Below, piece after piece: positions 19,412 through 28,402 of a stretch of 64,000 bases of DNA. The stretch lies in the NCBI GenBank assembly GCA_040219255.1, contig JAVJSW010000049.1:128001-192000 (forward strand), written 5' to 3'. The stretch is from Sumerlaeia bacterium (GTDB taxonomy: Bacteria; Sumerlaeota; Sumerlaeia; SLMS01; JAHLLQ01). Under the pieces are notes generated by a model. The model was not told where the DNA came from. It did no database searches and saw only the letters and a program-made list of their open reading frames with translations. Made by a program: the position numbers and the translations under genes. Position 1 is the first letter of the stretch. Every line of letters starts with the position of its first letter.

Positions 19412-20767
19412 ATGACTCCACAACGATTTCTCAAGGCGGGCGCGGCCGCCGCGTTCCTGGGCCTCGCGGCCTCGCCGGCCAACGCGATCGAGAGGACCTT
19501 TCCACCTTCGGACGAAGTCTTCATCAACCCGGAGCGCGGGTTCTACTTTCCGGTCCAATTCCGCAACGTGCCGTCGCTCGGCGCCATCCCGGCCCAGGGC
19601 ATTTCCCTGATTTATGCGGACATCTACCTGCCCGAATACCGGGATGGCCCCATCGCCCAGGATCGCCTGGACAACATCGTGGCCTCGTTCGACCGAACCC
19701 GCCAGGCGGGATTGAAGGCCATCGTCCGCATCACCTACAACCACGCCATCGGCGACGATGACGCGCCGCTCTCGGTGGTGGAGACGCACCTGGAGCAACT
19801 CGCCCCCATCTTCGAAGCCCACGCCGACGTGATCTACGGGTTCCAGGCCGGAATCATCGGCTCCTGGGGCGAATGGCACAGCTCCTCGAATGGCCTGACC
19901 AGCGAACCGAACCGCCGCGCCGTGATCGAGCTGCTCCTGCAACACACGCCCCCCGGCAAGTTCATTGCCCTGCGGACGCCGCCTTTCAAATGGGACTACA
20001 CCGGCGGAACGGCGCTGCTGCCTCAACAGGCTTTCACCGGCGTCCCCATCGCCCGGCTGGCGCATCACAACGATTGCTTCCTGGCCAGTTCGACCGATGT
20101 GGGAACCTATCCCGGCGACAGCGTCGAACTCTGGAAATCCCGCCTCGGCTTTGACACGCAGTTCGTCCCCATCGGCGGGGAAACCTGCCGCGTCAGCGAA
20201 TTCGGCACCTGCGGCTTCGGCATTCCGGAAATGGAGCGCCTCCACTGGAGCTACCTCAACATCGCCTACAACCAGGACGTCCTCGACGACATGGCGCCTT
20301 GCCGCCTGGAATTCGAGCGGCGCCTCGGCTATCGCTTCCGCCTGGTGAGCGCCTCCCTGCCCGATCAGTTGGTGACGGGGCGGGAGGCGACCGTGCGGCT
20401 CGTCTTCGCCAACGATGGCTTCGCGCCGATCTACAACCCAAGGCCCGTGGTGCTGCGGCTCCTGCGTTCGGACGACGTCGTGATGGAGATTCCCCTGACA
20501 ACGGCCGACCCGCGGCGCTGGCTGCCGGGCGAGGGTTTGACCTACACCGTGCAGGAGACCTTCACCGTGCCACCGGAAATCATCCCCGGCGATGTGGACT
20601 TGGCGATCAGGATGCCCGATCCGTCGGGGGCGCTGGAGGGCGATGCGCGCTATGCGATCCGCTTGGCCAACCCGGACCTGTGGGACGCGGCGGGTGGCCA
20701 GAATGTGTTTCTGCGCGGCGTTCCGCTGCAAGCGGTGCAGCCCGGCTCGACGTGGGCGGTGCGGTAA
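19412..20767 (+). CDS. Secreted DUF4874/DUF4832-type putative glycoside hydrolase
   Basis: Signal peptide; NPERG, AGLKAIVRITY, QAGIIGSWGEWH, HHNDCFL, IGGETC, HWSYLN, LGYRF, NDGFAP. Confidence 0.78.
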   Translation: MTPQRFLKAGAAAAFLGLAASPANAIERTFPPSDEVFINPERGFYFPVQFRNVPSLGAIPAQGISLIYADIYLPEYRDGPIAQDRLDNIVASFDRTRQAGLKAIVRITYNHAIGDDDAPLSVVETHLEQLAPIFEAHADVIYGFQAGIIGSWGEWHSSSNGLTSEPNRRAVIELLLQHTPPGKFIALRTPPFKWDYTGGTALLPQQAFTGVPIARLAHHNDCFLASSTDVGTYPGDSVELWKSRLGFDTQFVPIGGETCRVSEFGTCGFGIPEMERLHWSYLNIAYNQDVLDDMAPCRLEFERRLGYRFRLVSASLPDQLVTGREATVRLVFANDGFAPIYNPRPVVLRLLRSDDVVMEIPLTTADPRRWLPGEGLTYTVQETFTVPPEIIPGDVDLAIRMPDPSGALEGDARYAIRLANPDLWDAAGGQNVFLRGVPLQAVQPGSTWAVR

Positions 20768-20777
20768 AAAAAACGGC

Positions 20778-20804
20778 GATGGGGGAGCGGCCAGCTCCCC
20801 CATC
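20778..20804. terminator. Bidirectional terminator hairpin between convergent genes
   Basis: GATGGGGGAGC-ggcca-GCTCCCCCATC with an upstream A-run and downstream TCTTT. Confidence 0.7.
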
Positions 20805-20829
20805 TCTTTCCCTGCAATCACTCGTTCCC

Positions 20830-21780
20830 TCAGACCACGCTGGCGCGGGCTTCCTCGAACCAGGCCACGGTCTTCGCGAGGCCATCGCGGAAGCTCACTT
20901 CCGGCTCGAACCCGAGAAGCGCCTGGGCCCGGCCGATACCCGCGTGGGAATGGCGCACATCGCCCGGCTTGGCGGGTTCGAAGAGGGGATCGAACTCCGT
21001 CTTCATCACGTCGTTCAGAGCCTCCACCAAATCGATCAGCGAGTACGACGCGCCGCATCCGAGGTTGATGACTTCGCCCGGGGCGGTTTCCGACTCCATC
21101 GCCAGCAGGTTCCCCTTCACGATGTTATCGACGTGGATGAAGTCGCGCGATTGCAGGCCATCGCCGAAAATGATGGGCCGCTCGCCGTTGAGCATCCGCG
21201 TGATGAACTTGGGAATCACGGCGGCGTATTCGCTCTTCGGGTCCTGGCGCGCGCCGAAGACGTTGAAGTACCGCAGCGCCACCGTTTCGACGCCGTGGAG
21301 GCTGTGGTACACGCGCAGGTATTGCTCGCAGGCCAGTTTATGCACCGCGTAGGGCGAGAGCGGCCGGGGCAGCAAATCCTCGGTCTTGACCGGTTCCTCG
21401 CCATCGCCGTAGGCGGCGGAGGAGGCGGCGAAGACGAAGCGCTTCACGCCGTGGCGGCGGGCGCCTTCCAGGAGCCGCAACGTGGCCGTGATGTTCGTGT
21501 CGTGGGTCGGCAGGGGCTCGGCGACACTGCGGGGCACGGAGGCGACGGCGGCCTCGTGATAGACGCAGCGCGTGCCGGGAAGGATTTCGTCGAGAAGATC
21601 TTCATCGGCGACGGAGCCGCGGACGAATTCGATGCGGCCGTCGAGGTGCGCGATGTTCTCGCGCTTGCCGGTCGAGAGGTTATCGACGACGACGACTTCG
21701 TGACCGCGTTCGACGAGCGCGGTGGCGATGTGGCTTCCGATAAATCCGGCGCCGCCGGTAACGATGATTCGATCAGTCAT
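20830..21780 (-). CDS. NAD-dependent UDP-hexose/UDP-HexNAc 4-epimerase (WbpP-like extended SDR)
   Basis: TGGAGFIG, DNLSTG, ASSAAYG, YAVHK (YxxxK), LRYFNVFGARQDPKSEYAAVIPKF. Confidence 0.88.
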   Translation of the reverse strand: MTDRIIVTGGAGFIGSHIATALVERGHEVVVVDNLSTGKRENIAHLDGRIEFVRGSVADEDLLDEILPGTRCVYHEAAVASVPRSVAEPLPTHDTNITATLRLLEGARRHGVKRFVFAASSAAYGDGEEPVKTEDLLPRPLSPYAVHKLACEQYLRVYHSLHGVETVALRYFNVFGARQDPKSEYAAVIPKFITRMLNGERPIIFGDGLQSRDFIHVDNIVKGNLLAMESETAPGEVINLGCGASYSLIDLVEALNDVMKTEFDPLFEPAKPGDVRHSHAGIGRAQALLGFEPEVSFRDGLAKTVAWFEEARASVV

Positions 21781-21841
21781 GGAACCTGTTGTCTTTCTGG
21801 TGTTCGTTGGTCAGGGAATCACACTCGCGCCCGGGTTCGCG

Positions 21842-22888
21842 CTAGTTTTGCAGCAACCGCTGGCATTCGGCCAAGGAAAACTCGGGGCCGTTGCCTCCGA
21901 TAATGCCTCGGGCGATCTCCAGAAGGCGGGTGCGAAAGAAGTTACGGTTTTCCGTCAAGGACAAACGTTCCTGCGGCGGGACGATGATTTCGCCGGCCAC
22001 TTCGATGATGCCGACGCCTTCGCTCTTGATGAACCGCAGCGAATCGGGCGTGCGGAAATCGGGATGGCGCAGGAACACGTGGGCGGTTGCGCTGTGGCCG
22101 TCGGCGCGCAGGAGCAAGTTGCACGTCGCCTGGCCGGGGTCCGTCGCCTTCCACCGGCGAATCAGTTCGCCGCCGGTGACGATCACATTTTCCTGAGCCC
22201 CGCGCAGCCGCGCCACCGGACACGGCCAATGGAGCCATTCGACGGTGCATCCGTGGTGATGCTGCAAGGCGGCTTCACGCGCCGTCTCGACGGGCAAGGA
22301 GAGTTTGCGGAACAACTGAAGGTGCTGGTGCGCCAGAACCGATGCCCCCGCCCAGGCCACGTCGCTGTTCGACGCGGCCAGCCAGCGCGGCGCCCGGGCA
22401 AGAAACCCCGCCATTTCCCGCAGGCTACGCTCGTCCATGCGCATCGGCTCGGCGTCACGCACGTTCATCACGAAATGGCCCTTGTGCAGGGGAAAGGGCG
22501 TTGCATGGGCAAAGTACCGCACGCCGGCGCTTTCGAACTCGAAGGCGCGCAGGAGGGGTTTCCATGGCGACGCCACATTCTCCCAGCAGAGCGGGTTTTC
22601 CGGCTGGTCTTCCATGCGGTCCGCCGGGCGGTAGCCGAGCCGCGAGTAGTTCACCTGGAGCCGGAAGGTGACGCCGTATTCATCGTCGCGTTCTTGCAGG
22701 TACAGGTTCGGCCGGGTCAGGTGGGCGAAGTATCCCTGGCGCTGGGACCACGCCTCCAGGGCGTCGAGGGCGCCGCTCAGTTCGCCGGTTTGGCTCGTCA
22801 GGGCGTCGAGGCGTTTCTGCACCTCGTCCTGATCAAGCATCGCATCGGGCAATGCGAGGGCTTCTTGATCGGTGGGGGGCAAACTCAT
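21842..22888 (-). CDS. galT: Class-II galactose-1-phosphate uridylyltransferase-like (GalT)
   Basis: 'SNSDVAWAGASVLAHQHLQ' and 'IKSEGVGIIEVAG' resemble class-II GalT 'SNADLPIVGGSILxHxHxQ' and 'KKENIGLIEVMG'; ATGA-coupled to upstream gene. Confidence 0.68.
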   Translation of the reverse strand: MSLPPTDQEALALPDAMLDQDEVQKRLDALTSQTGELSGALDALEAWSQRQGYFAHLTRPNLYLQERDDEYGVTFRLQVNYSRLGYRPADRMEDQPENPLCWENVASPWKPLLRAFEFESAGVRYFAHATPFPLHKGHFVMNVRDAEPMRMDERSLREMAGFLARAPRWLAASNSDVAWAGASVLAHQHLQLFRKLSLPVETAREAALQHHHGCTVEWLHWPCPVARLRGAQENVIVTGGELIRRWKATDPGQATCNLLLRADGHSATAHVFLRHPDFRTPDSLRFIKSEGVGIIEVAGEIIVPPQERLSLTENRNFFRTRLLEIARGIIGGNGPEFSLAECQRLLQN

Positions 22889-25800
22889 CGGGCTTCCACC
22901 TCCTCGATCCACAGGATGCCGGGGCGCGCGGCGGGGCCGCTGCCGGTCGGTTGATAGACGCGCAGTTCGCGCAGGGTCCGGGGTTCGAAGCTGACCTCGC
23001 TGCGTTCTTCGGGCTGGCCGGGGCGCACCTCCGCCAACAACTCCCATGGGGCGGTGGGGCTGGTGCGGCCTTCGATGCGGACGAACTGCGACGTCTGGTG
23101 CACGTTCGAGTCCATGGCCCAGTGAATCGCGACGCGGCTGAGAGTGCGCGGCTCCTTGAGGAGGAAGGTGGCCCAGTGAGGCTGGAGGCCTTCTTCGCTG
23201 GCCCAGGCCGCCTCGGACCAATCCTTGTTCGACGTGTCCGTGACCCCATCGTTCAGCGGCCGGGGCGTGTAACCCCAGAAGTTCGAGTCGGTGGCGACTT
23301 CCACCGAACTTTCCCGCAGCAGGCTGCTTTCCTGGGACAAACGCACGACGCGGAAGGAGGCCTTGGAGAGCGGCTGGCCCTGATCACCGATCAGCGAAAC
23401 AGTGACGGGAGCAGTGATTTCGCCAGAGGTGCCCTGAGGTTGGAAGACGATGGCCAACTCTTGCGTTTCTCCGTCCGGCAGCAGCAAGTCCGCCGCCGGT
23501 TCGACCGTGGCGGAGAGGCCCGCCGGCAAACCCTCGACCCGGATGCGGGCGGCGAGGTCTTCGACCAGATTGTTATGAACCGAGAGCGTGGCCCGGCCCC
23601 GGTCGCGGAAGACCGTTTCCGCCGGAATATCGCCCAATTCGACGGGCGGCACGATGGGAAGCAGGGCTTCGTAGAGCAGGCGCTCTTCGAGCGAAGCGCC
23701 CCGGCCCGTTTCCGTGACCACGACGCGGATTTCCCCGCCCAGGGGCGCGTCCCCGGAAACGAGCAGAGTGGCGGTGTGATCGTCGAGCGGCAGCCGGGTC
23801 AGTTCGCCGCCCCAGCCCGCGCGTACCAGCAGGGCGCCGTCGCGTTCGGGCAATTGAATCCGCAGCGGATAACCCGGCGAGGCCACGGCGGGGACCATCG
23901 GTTCAAAGCGGTCGCCCTCGATTTCCTGCCAGAGCAGGCTTTCGAGCGTGCGCAGGAAGGCGGCCTGGCGGGTCCATTCGATGTCGCGGTAGAGATCTTC
24001 GAGGCTGGGCGCGAGAGTCTTTTCCCAGGCCGCCAGGGTGGCCAACGCGCGCCCTGGATCGGTGAGACTGGAACCGGCGAAGGCTTCGGCTTCGTCGGCC
24101 ATCTTACCGGGGATCATGCCGTGGCGGCGCCATTTATCGGCCAGCTCGGCCATCGCACGGCGGGCGCCCCGGGTTTCCGTTTCCAGGCTCTCGCGGTCGC
24201 GTCGGAAAACCAGGATCGCCCGCACATCCAGCGGCGCCACATCGGCTTCAAAAGAACGGCCGTCCTCGGAAAGGGAGAGCCGTTTGCCTTGGATCAAGTC
24301 CCAGGCGACCACGTCCGGCGAGTCGCCAAACAGCGCGGGATCGAGCGTGACGCGGCCCCGGCGGCCCACGTCGGACGGGTTGTAGAGCGTGAAGCCCACA
24401 CGCCGCGTGTTGAGCGGCGTTCCACGATAGGCTCCGCCGCCCCAGCGTTCGGCCAGCAGATCGGGCCGGTCGAGGCTCGCCAGCGTGATCGGCTCCCAAC
24501 CCATCGAGGTCAGCAAACCTTGCGGCGCCATGAACTTCAGCGACAGCCACCGGTCTTCATTATAGAGGCGGGCGTTTTCCCAGTACGGGTCGCTGGCGGC
24601 GTCGTGGCTGAAGAACCCGGGCCACATGCCGTAGTGCAGGCACCGGGCGAAATACTGCTCCACCTTCTTGCCGCGGAAACGGTCGAAGGGTACGTTTTGC
24701 AGGAAGCAGTAAGGCTTCTGATAACTGAGCGTGCGGATGAAATCCATCATGTCGATGGAGGGCGGCGTGAGATGTTCGCCCCCGCCCCAGTTCGTCTCGA
24801 TCCCGAGGACGTCGAGGAGCGGGCCGCTCCAGCCGAACTTGTAGAGCGCCGTGTTCGCCATCAGCAGATGCCCGTTCTGGTGAACGCGGCGGGCGGCTTC
24901 CTCGGCAAAGGCGAAGTTGTGCCACATGTTGATCTGGCCGACGGCGCCCGTGGCGGGATGGAAGGTCAGCGGGTAGGGGCTCAGGGCGTTATTCGCGGCG
25001 CGGTAGTCGAGCTGCACCGCTTCCCAGCCTTCGAAGCTGTCGAGGTAGAACCCGGTGACCGCTTCCGCGTCGGCGGCGGTGGCTTCGAAGCCGGCGTTTT
25101 CGAGCAGGTTCCCGGCCGACGGATCGCCGGCGGGGCGCGCGTCCACGTGGTCAATGAGGACCTCGCCACCTTGGGCGATCAACTCGAGCCTCGGATTGGT
25201 CGCGCCGGGGTCTACCGCCACGGTCTGGCGCTGCCACACATGGGGGGCGTCCGGCGCCAGGGTCTTGGTATCGCCGCTGGCGCCCCGCACCATCAGGCGC
25301 GTGTTTTCTCCGGCGAGATAGCGAACGGTGACTTCGAGTTCCGAAGCGCCGGGCCGCCCCGCTGGGATCGTCTGAAAAGCGGAAGAACCGTCGGCCAGGC
25401 GAAGCGCCCGGCCTTGGGCCTGGATCACGTTGCGCTCGGCGACGCCACCGCCTTTCCAGGCGAGCGGCTCGGCCGACTGCTGCCTGGCAAGAAGGTCGCT
25501 GTAGGGCTGCCAGGACAGATCGAACCCGTTGACCGGGTTGCGGTCCGTGCGTGGAATGCGCGGGTTCGAATTCATCGGAATGCGCGCGCCATCCGCCCAG
25601 GGAAAGATGGCGAAGGTGGTCGAGAATTGACCGTCCGGGCCGTAGGAGCCGCTGGAGCGGACCGCCGACCCCTGAGCCGTGTCGAGGGAGTCGATGTAGG
25701 GGAACAGCTCCGCGGTGTCGCGCGCCATACCGGCGGGCATCTGCACCCACTGCACCGTCGGTTCGCAGTAAACCAGCGACCAGATGTCGTTCTGGTTATT

Positions 25801-26805
25801 ATAGGCCACCGAGACGTTGGGGTGGTATTCGTGGTACTTGAAGCGGAAGTCTTCCGGGCGTTGGACGTGGTTGACTTGCGTGAAAGGCATCCATTGGCCT
25901 TGGGACTTGGACCGGTTGGCAAAGGCCTCCGGCGCCAGATCGTAGTAGGCCCGGGTCATACCCCGGAATCCGAATTCGCCTGGGAAAGGAAAAACCCAGT
26001 ATTCGAGGGGGACCTGGTGGGGGCTGCTGGTCAGGTGGGCGCTGAGGGCGACGTCGATCTCGATGGCCAGTTCGCCCTGCGGTCCGTCCCAGAGGACGCG
26101 GTGCAAACGCGGCTGGTCCGGCGGCAGGCCCACCCCCACGCCGCCCCAGGGCCCCGTCAGGCCGCCCCACATATAGCGGGAAATCGCGCCGGTGGCTCCG
26201 GCGGCGATGGAGAACGTGTCCTGGATTTCGGCGTTGGCCAGGGCTTGCTGCGAGCCGTTCAAGTGGCCCTGCCACTCCAACTCCCCGTCCTCCGCGCCAT
26301 CGATGGGCACGGAGAAGCGAACGGTGACAATGCGTTCGTCCCCGAAAGTTTCGGGGTCGGCGTTCTCGATGGCGCCGAAAACCCGCAGGTATCCCTCGCC
26401 ATCGGCCCATCGGACCCAACCACGAAGCCCGCGCTCCTCGGAATGCCACTTGGCCGCGTCGCCGAGCGAATTGCTGATGAGCGCATCGCCGGACAGAGGC
26501 CAGCTCACTTGCCCGATGGCGGTCAATTGCGAGCGAACTTCCTCCTCGGCGAGCAAACTGCCCACGGTGTTTTCCGGCGCGGCTGTTGTGGAGGAGGGCT
26601 TGCCGGCGGCATCCGCCGAGCCCCTCCATTCCGTCACCGTGAGGGCCAGTGGCCGAGCCGACAAGGTCTGGCCATCCCTGGAGAGTTGGACTCCGTTTTC
26701 CCGTGTGACTTGCAAACCGTCTGGAGTAGCGGCCGCCAGAGTGCCGGCGAACGCGCAAACACCTGCGGCCGCCAGAGCCCGGCCCTTTTTCGAAAAGCAT
26801 CTCAT
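22885..26805 (-). CDS. Large secreted uncharacterised protein; probable glycoside hydrolase with an inserted CBM-like domain and C-terminal F5/8 (CBM32-like) domain
   Basis: Signal peptide; 'GFYLDSFEGW', 'LLMANT', 'DVLGIET' TIM-barrel-like motifs; 'NLLENAGFE' CBM4-like; C-terminal 'LNDG...WAS...PHWATFLL...VAIHW...WIEEVE'. Confidence 0.65.
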   Translation of the reverse strand: MRCFSKKGRALAAAGVCAFAGTLAAATPDGLQVTRENGVQLSRDGQTLSARPLALTVTEWRGSADAAGKPSSTTAAPENTVGSLLAEEEVRSQLTAIGQVSWPLSGDALISNSLGDAAKWHSEERGLRGWVRWADGEGYLRVFGAIENADPETFGDERIVTVRFSVPIDGAEDGELEWQGHLNGSQQALANAEIQDTFSIAAGATGAISRYMWGGLTGPWGGVGVGLPPDQPRLHRVLWDGPQGELAIEIDVALSAHLTSSPHQVPLEYWVFPFPGEFGFRGMTRAYYDLAPEAFANRSKSQGQWMPFTQVNHVQRPEDFRFKYHEYHPNVSVAYNNQNDIWSLVYCEPTVQWVQMPAGMARDTAELFPYIDSLDTAQGSAVRSSGSYGPDGQFSTTFAIFPWADGARIPMNSNPRIPRTDRNPVNGFDLSWQPYSDLLARQQSAEPLAWKGGGVAERNVIQAQGRALRLADGSSAFQTIPAGRPGASELEVTVRYLAGENTRLMVRGASGDTKTLAPDAPHVWQRQTVAVDPGATNPRLELIAQGGEVLIDHVDARPAGDPSAGNLLENAGFEATAADAEAVTGFYLDSFEGWEAVQLDYRAANNALSPYPLTFHPATGAVGQINMWHNFAFAEEAARRVHQNGHLLMANTALYKFGWSGPLLDVLGIETNWGGGEHLTPPSIDMMDFIRTLSYQKPYCFLQNVPFDRFRGKKVEQYFARCLHYGMWPGFFSHDAASDPYWENARLYNEDRWLSLKFMAPQGLLTSMGWEPITLASLDRPDLLAERWGGGAYRGTPLNTRRVGFTLYNPSDVGRRGRVTLDPALFGDSPDVVAWDLIQGKRLSLSEDGRSFEADVAPLDVRAILVFRRDRESLETETRGARRAMAELADKWRRHGMIPGKMADEAEAFAGSSLTDPGRALATLAAWEKTLAPSLEDLYRDIEWTRQAAFLRTLESLLWQEIEGDRFEPMVPAVASPGYPLRIQLPERDGALLVRAGWGGELTRLPLDDHTATLLVSGDAPLGGEIRVVVTETGRGASLEERLLYEALLPIVPPVELGDIPAETVFRDRGRATLSVHNNLVEDLAARIRVEGLPAGLSATVEPAADLLLPDGETQELAIVFQPQGTSGEITAPVTVSLIGDQGQPLSKASFRVVRLSQESSLLRESSVEVATDSNFWGYTPRPLNDGVTDTSNKDWSEAAWASEEGLQPHWATFLLKEPRTLSRVAIHWAMDSNVHQTSQFVRIEGRTSPTAPWELLAEVRPGQPEERSEVSFEPRTLRELRVYQPTGSGPAARPGILWIEEVEAR

Positions 26806-26917
26806 GGCAATCTCACATCCTTGTAGTGGTCGTCTGGCTGCGCGGCGAGTCGTCCGGTCCCCGGTTGCGCGCCCGCGGGGGTGGGACTGGGCGAACCCTG
26901 GAAAGCCGCGGTGGTTC

Positions 26918-28402
26918 TCAGGGGATCGGCAGGGCGATGGGGCCGTGCTGGGGAGCCCAATCGGCGGGCGCCCAATCCGTGTCGGTCGTTCCCACCCAGA
27001 CGCGCAATGTCGAGCCTGAGCGCAGATTCAGCAACTCGAAGGGGACGGCATGGGAGATCGAATCGGCGGCGGTTTCGGGCTGGGTGTCGCTGAGAATCGG
27101 ACTCCATTGCCAGGCGCTCGCGGCGCCGCTGTGCCGATAGAGTTGCTGGCCCTCGATCATCATGTCGGCCCCGTGCTGCATCGCGGTCTCGTAACCCGTC
27201 GTGGTGTCGCCATCGGTGTCGAAATAGACGTGGAGTCCTTCGAGCCGAGGCGTTGCGGCGAAGCGCGTCGTGACAATCAGGTTCGAGGCGTCGGCGAAGA
27301 GCGAGACACCGGTGATGTCGTCCGCCATGCTGGCCGTGTCGCCCCGGGCGTCGGTGGCTTCTTCCTGGCTCAGCTTGTTCATCCTGCGTGTATCGGCGGG
27401 GGCTTTGACGGTCTGGCGCGTGGTGGTGCTTTGGCCGGAAACGGCCAGCGGCGCCGCGTCCGGCACGGCGTCAGAGAAGGTGCCGCCAAGGTCCATCGCC
27501 TGGGCCCAGACGCGGGCCGACTCCAGCGAACCACCGACGTCCTCGTCCGTAACCGTATAGGTGATGACATTGCCTGTCCAATCGGAGGCGTTTTCGTGCA
27601 GGAATTCCCAATTCCACTCGCGCGGGTTGCTGCCGGCGAAGCGGTACAGACGCGTGCCTTCGACCATGTACTCGGCGCCCGCGTGGGCGGAGGATTGGTA
27701 GCCCGTCCCGGAATCGCCATCCCCATCGACGTAGAATTGGTAGGTCGAGAAGGAAGTCAGTTCGATCGGGCGGGTGTACTCCACGGAGAAACGGAGGGCG
27801 TCGGAGGCGCGTTCGAGAGTGGCGCCCAGGAGATCGAAGTCCGCGTTGGCGGCGTCACCGCGCCGGTCGGCGATGTGGCGGGCGCCCTTGCTGTCCCAGG
27901 TCCGATCGGTCGTTGGACTGGAGCTTGCGGCGGGGGCCGCGGCGGGAGGGAGGTCTTCCCCGCGCAGGAAGGCGAGAAGCGCGTCCGCCGTCATAGGCCC
28001 GGTATGGCGGGCCAACTCGGTGGGGCTGCCGCCGCCGGAGAACAGGATCAGCGTCGGAACGCGATGCACGCCCATACGCGAGCAGAACGGATGCACCTGG
28101 CGGTCGTCCGCGTTGACGAAGAAAAGCTCTCGCTTCTCGAGTTCCTCGCGCACTTCCACCCGGTCGGTCATCAGGCTCTCGAGTTCCCGGCAGACGGTGA
28201 CGGTGCCGACACGGAAGTAAACGAGGGCGTTCGCGGGGGGGACGAAGGACTGGGAGCCGACGCGCTTCCAGTCGAGTTCGCCTCCGGTTGTCCGGCCCGC
28301 CGCGGGAGCGGAGCCGAGCAGCGCGAGGGCCAGGAGCAGCAGGAGTTCCCAGGCGGCGGCGCGCTTTCGCCAGCGCGGCGGGTCAGTCGGATTGGCAGTC
28401 AT
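26918..28402 (-). CDS. Secreted thioredoxin-fold-like protein (no CxxC) with two 'D..GD...Y.D.DGD..TGY' modules
   Basis: Hydrophobic signal; 'VTVCRELE...FFVNADD...MGVHRVPTLILF...ELARHTG' Trx-like; two repeats with YVDGDGDSGTGY / YFDTDGDTTTGY. Confidence 0.62.
   Translation of the reverse strand: MTANPTDPPRWRKRAAAWELLLLLALALLGSAPAAGRTTGGELDWKRVGSQSFVPPANALVYFRVGTVTVCRELESLMTDRVEVREELEKRELFFVNADDRQVHPFCSRMGVHRVPTLILFSGGGSPTELARHTGPMTADALLAFLRGEDLPPAAAPAASSSPTTDRTWDSKGARHIADRRGDAANADFDLLGATLERASDALRFSVEYTRPIELTSFSTYQFYVDGDGDSGTGYQSSAHAGAEYMVEGTRLYRFAGSNPREWNWEFLHENASDWTGNVITYTVTDEDVGGSLESARVWAQAMDLGGTFSDAVPDAAPLAVSGQSTTTRQTVKAPADTRRMNKLSQEEATDARGDTASMADDITGVSLFADASNLIVTTRFAATPRLEGLHVYFDTDGDTTTGYETAMQHGADMMIEGQQLYRHSGAASAWQWSPILSDTQPETAADSISHAVPFELLNLRSGSTLRVWVGTTDTDWAPADWAPQHGPIALPIP

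Noticed and set aside
22852-26826. 1324-aa plus-strand ORF and other long antisense ORFs (e.g. 7238-9838, 12652-14694, 50267-52462, 60101-61951)
   Set aside because: They shadow well-supported genes on the opposite strand; stop-poor antisense frames are expected in high-GC coding DNA, and they carry no motifs.
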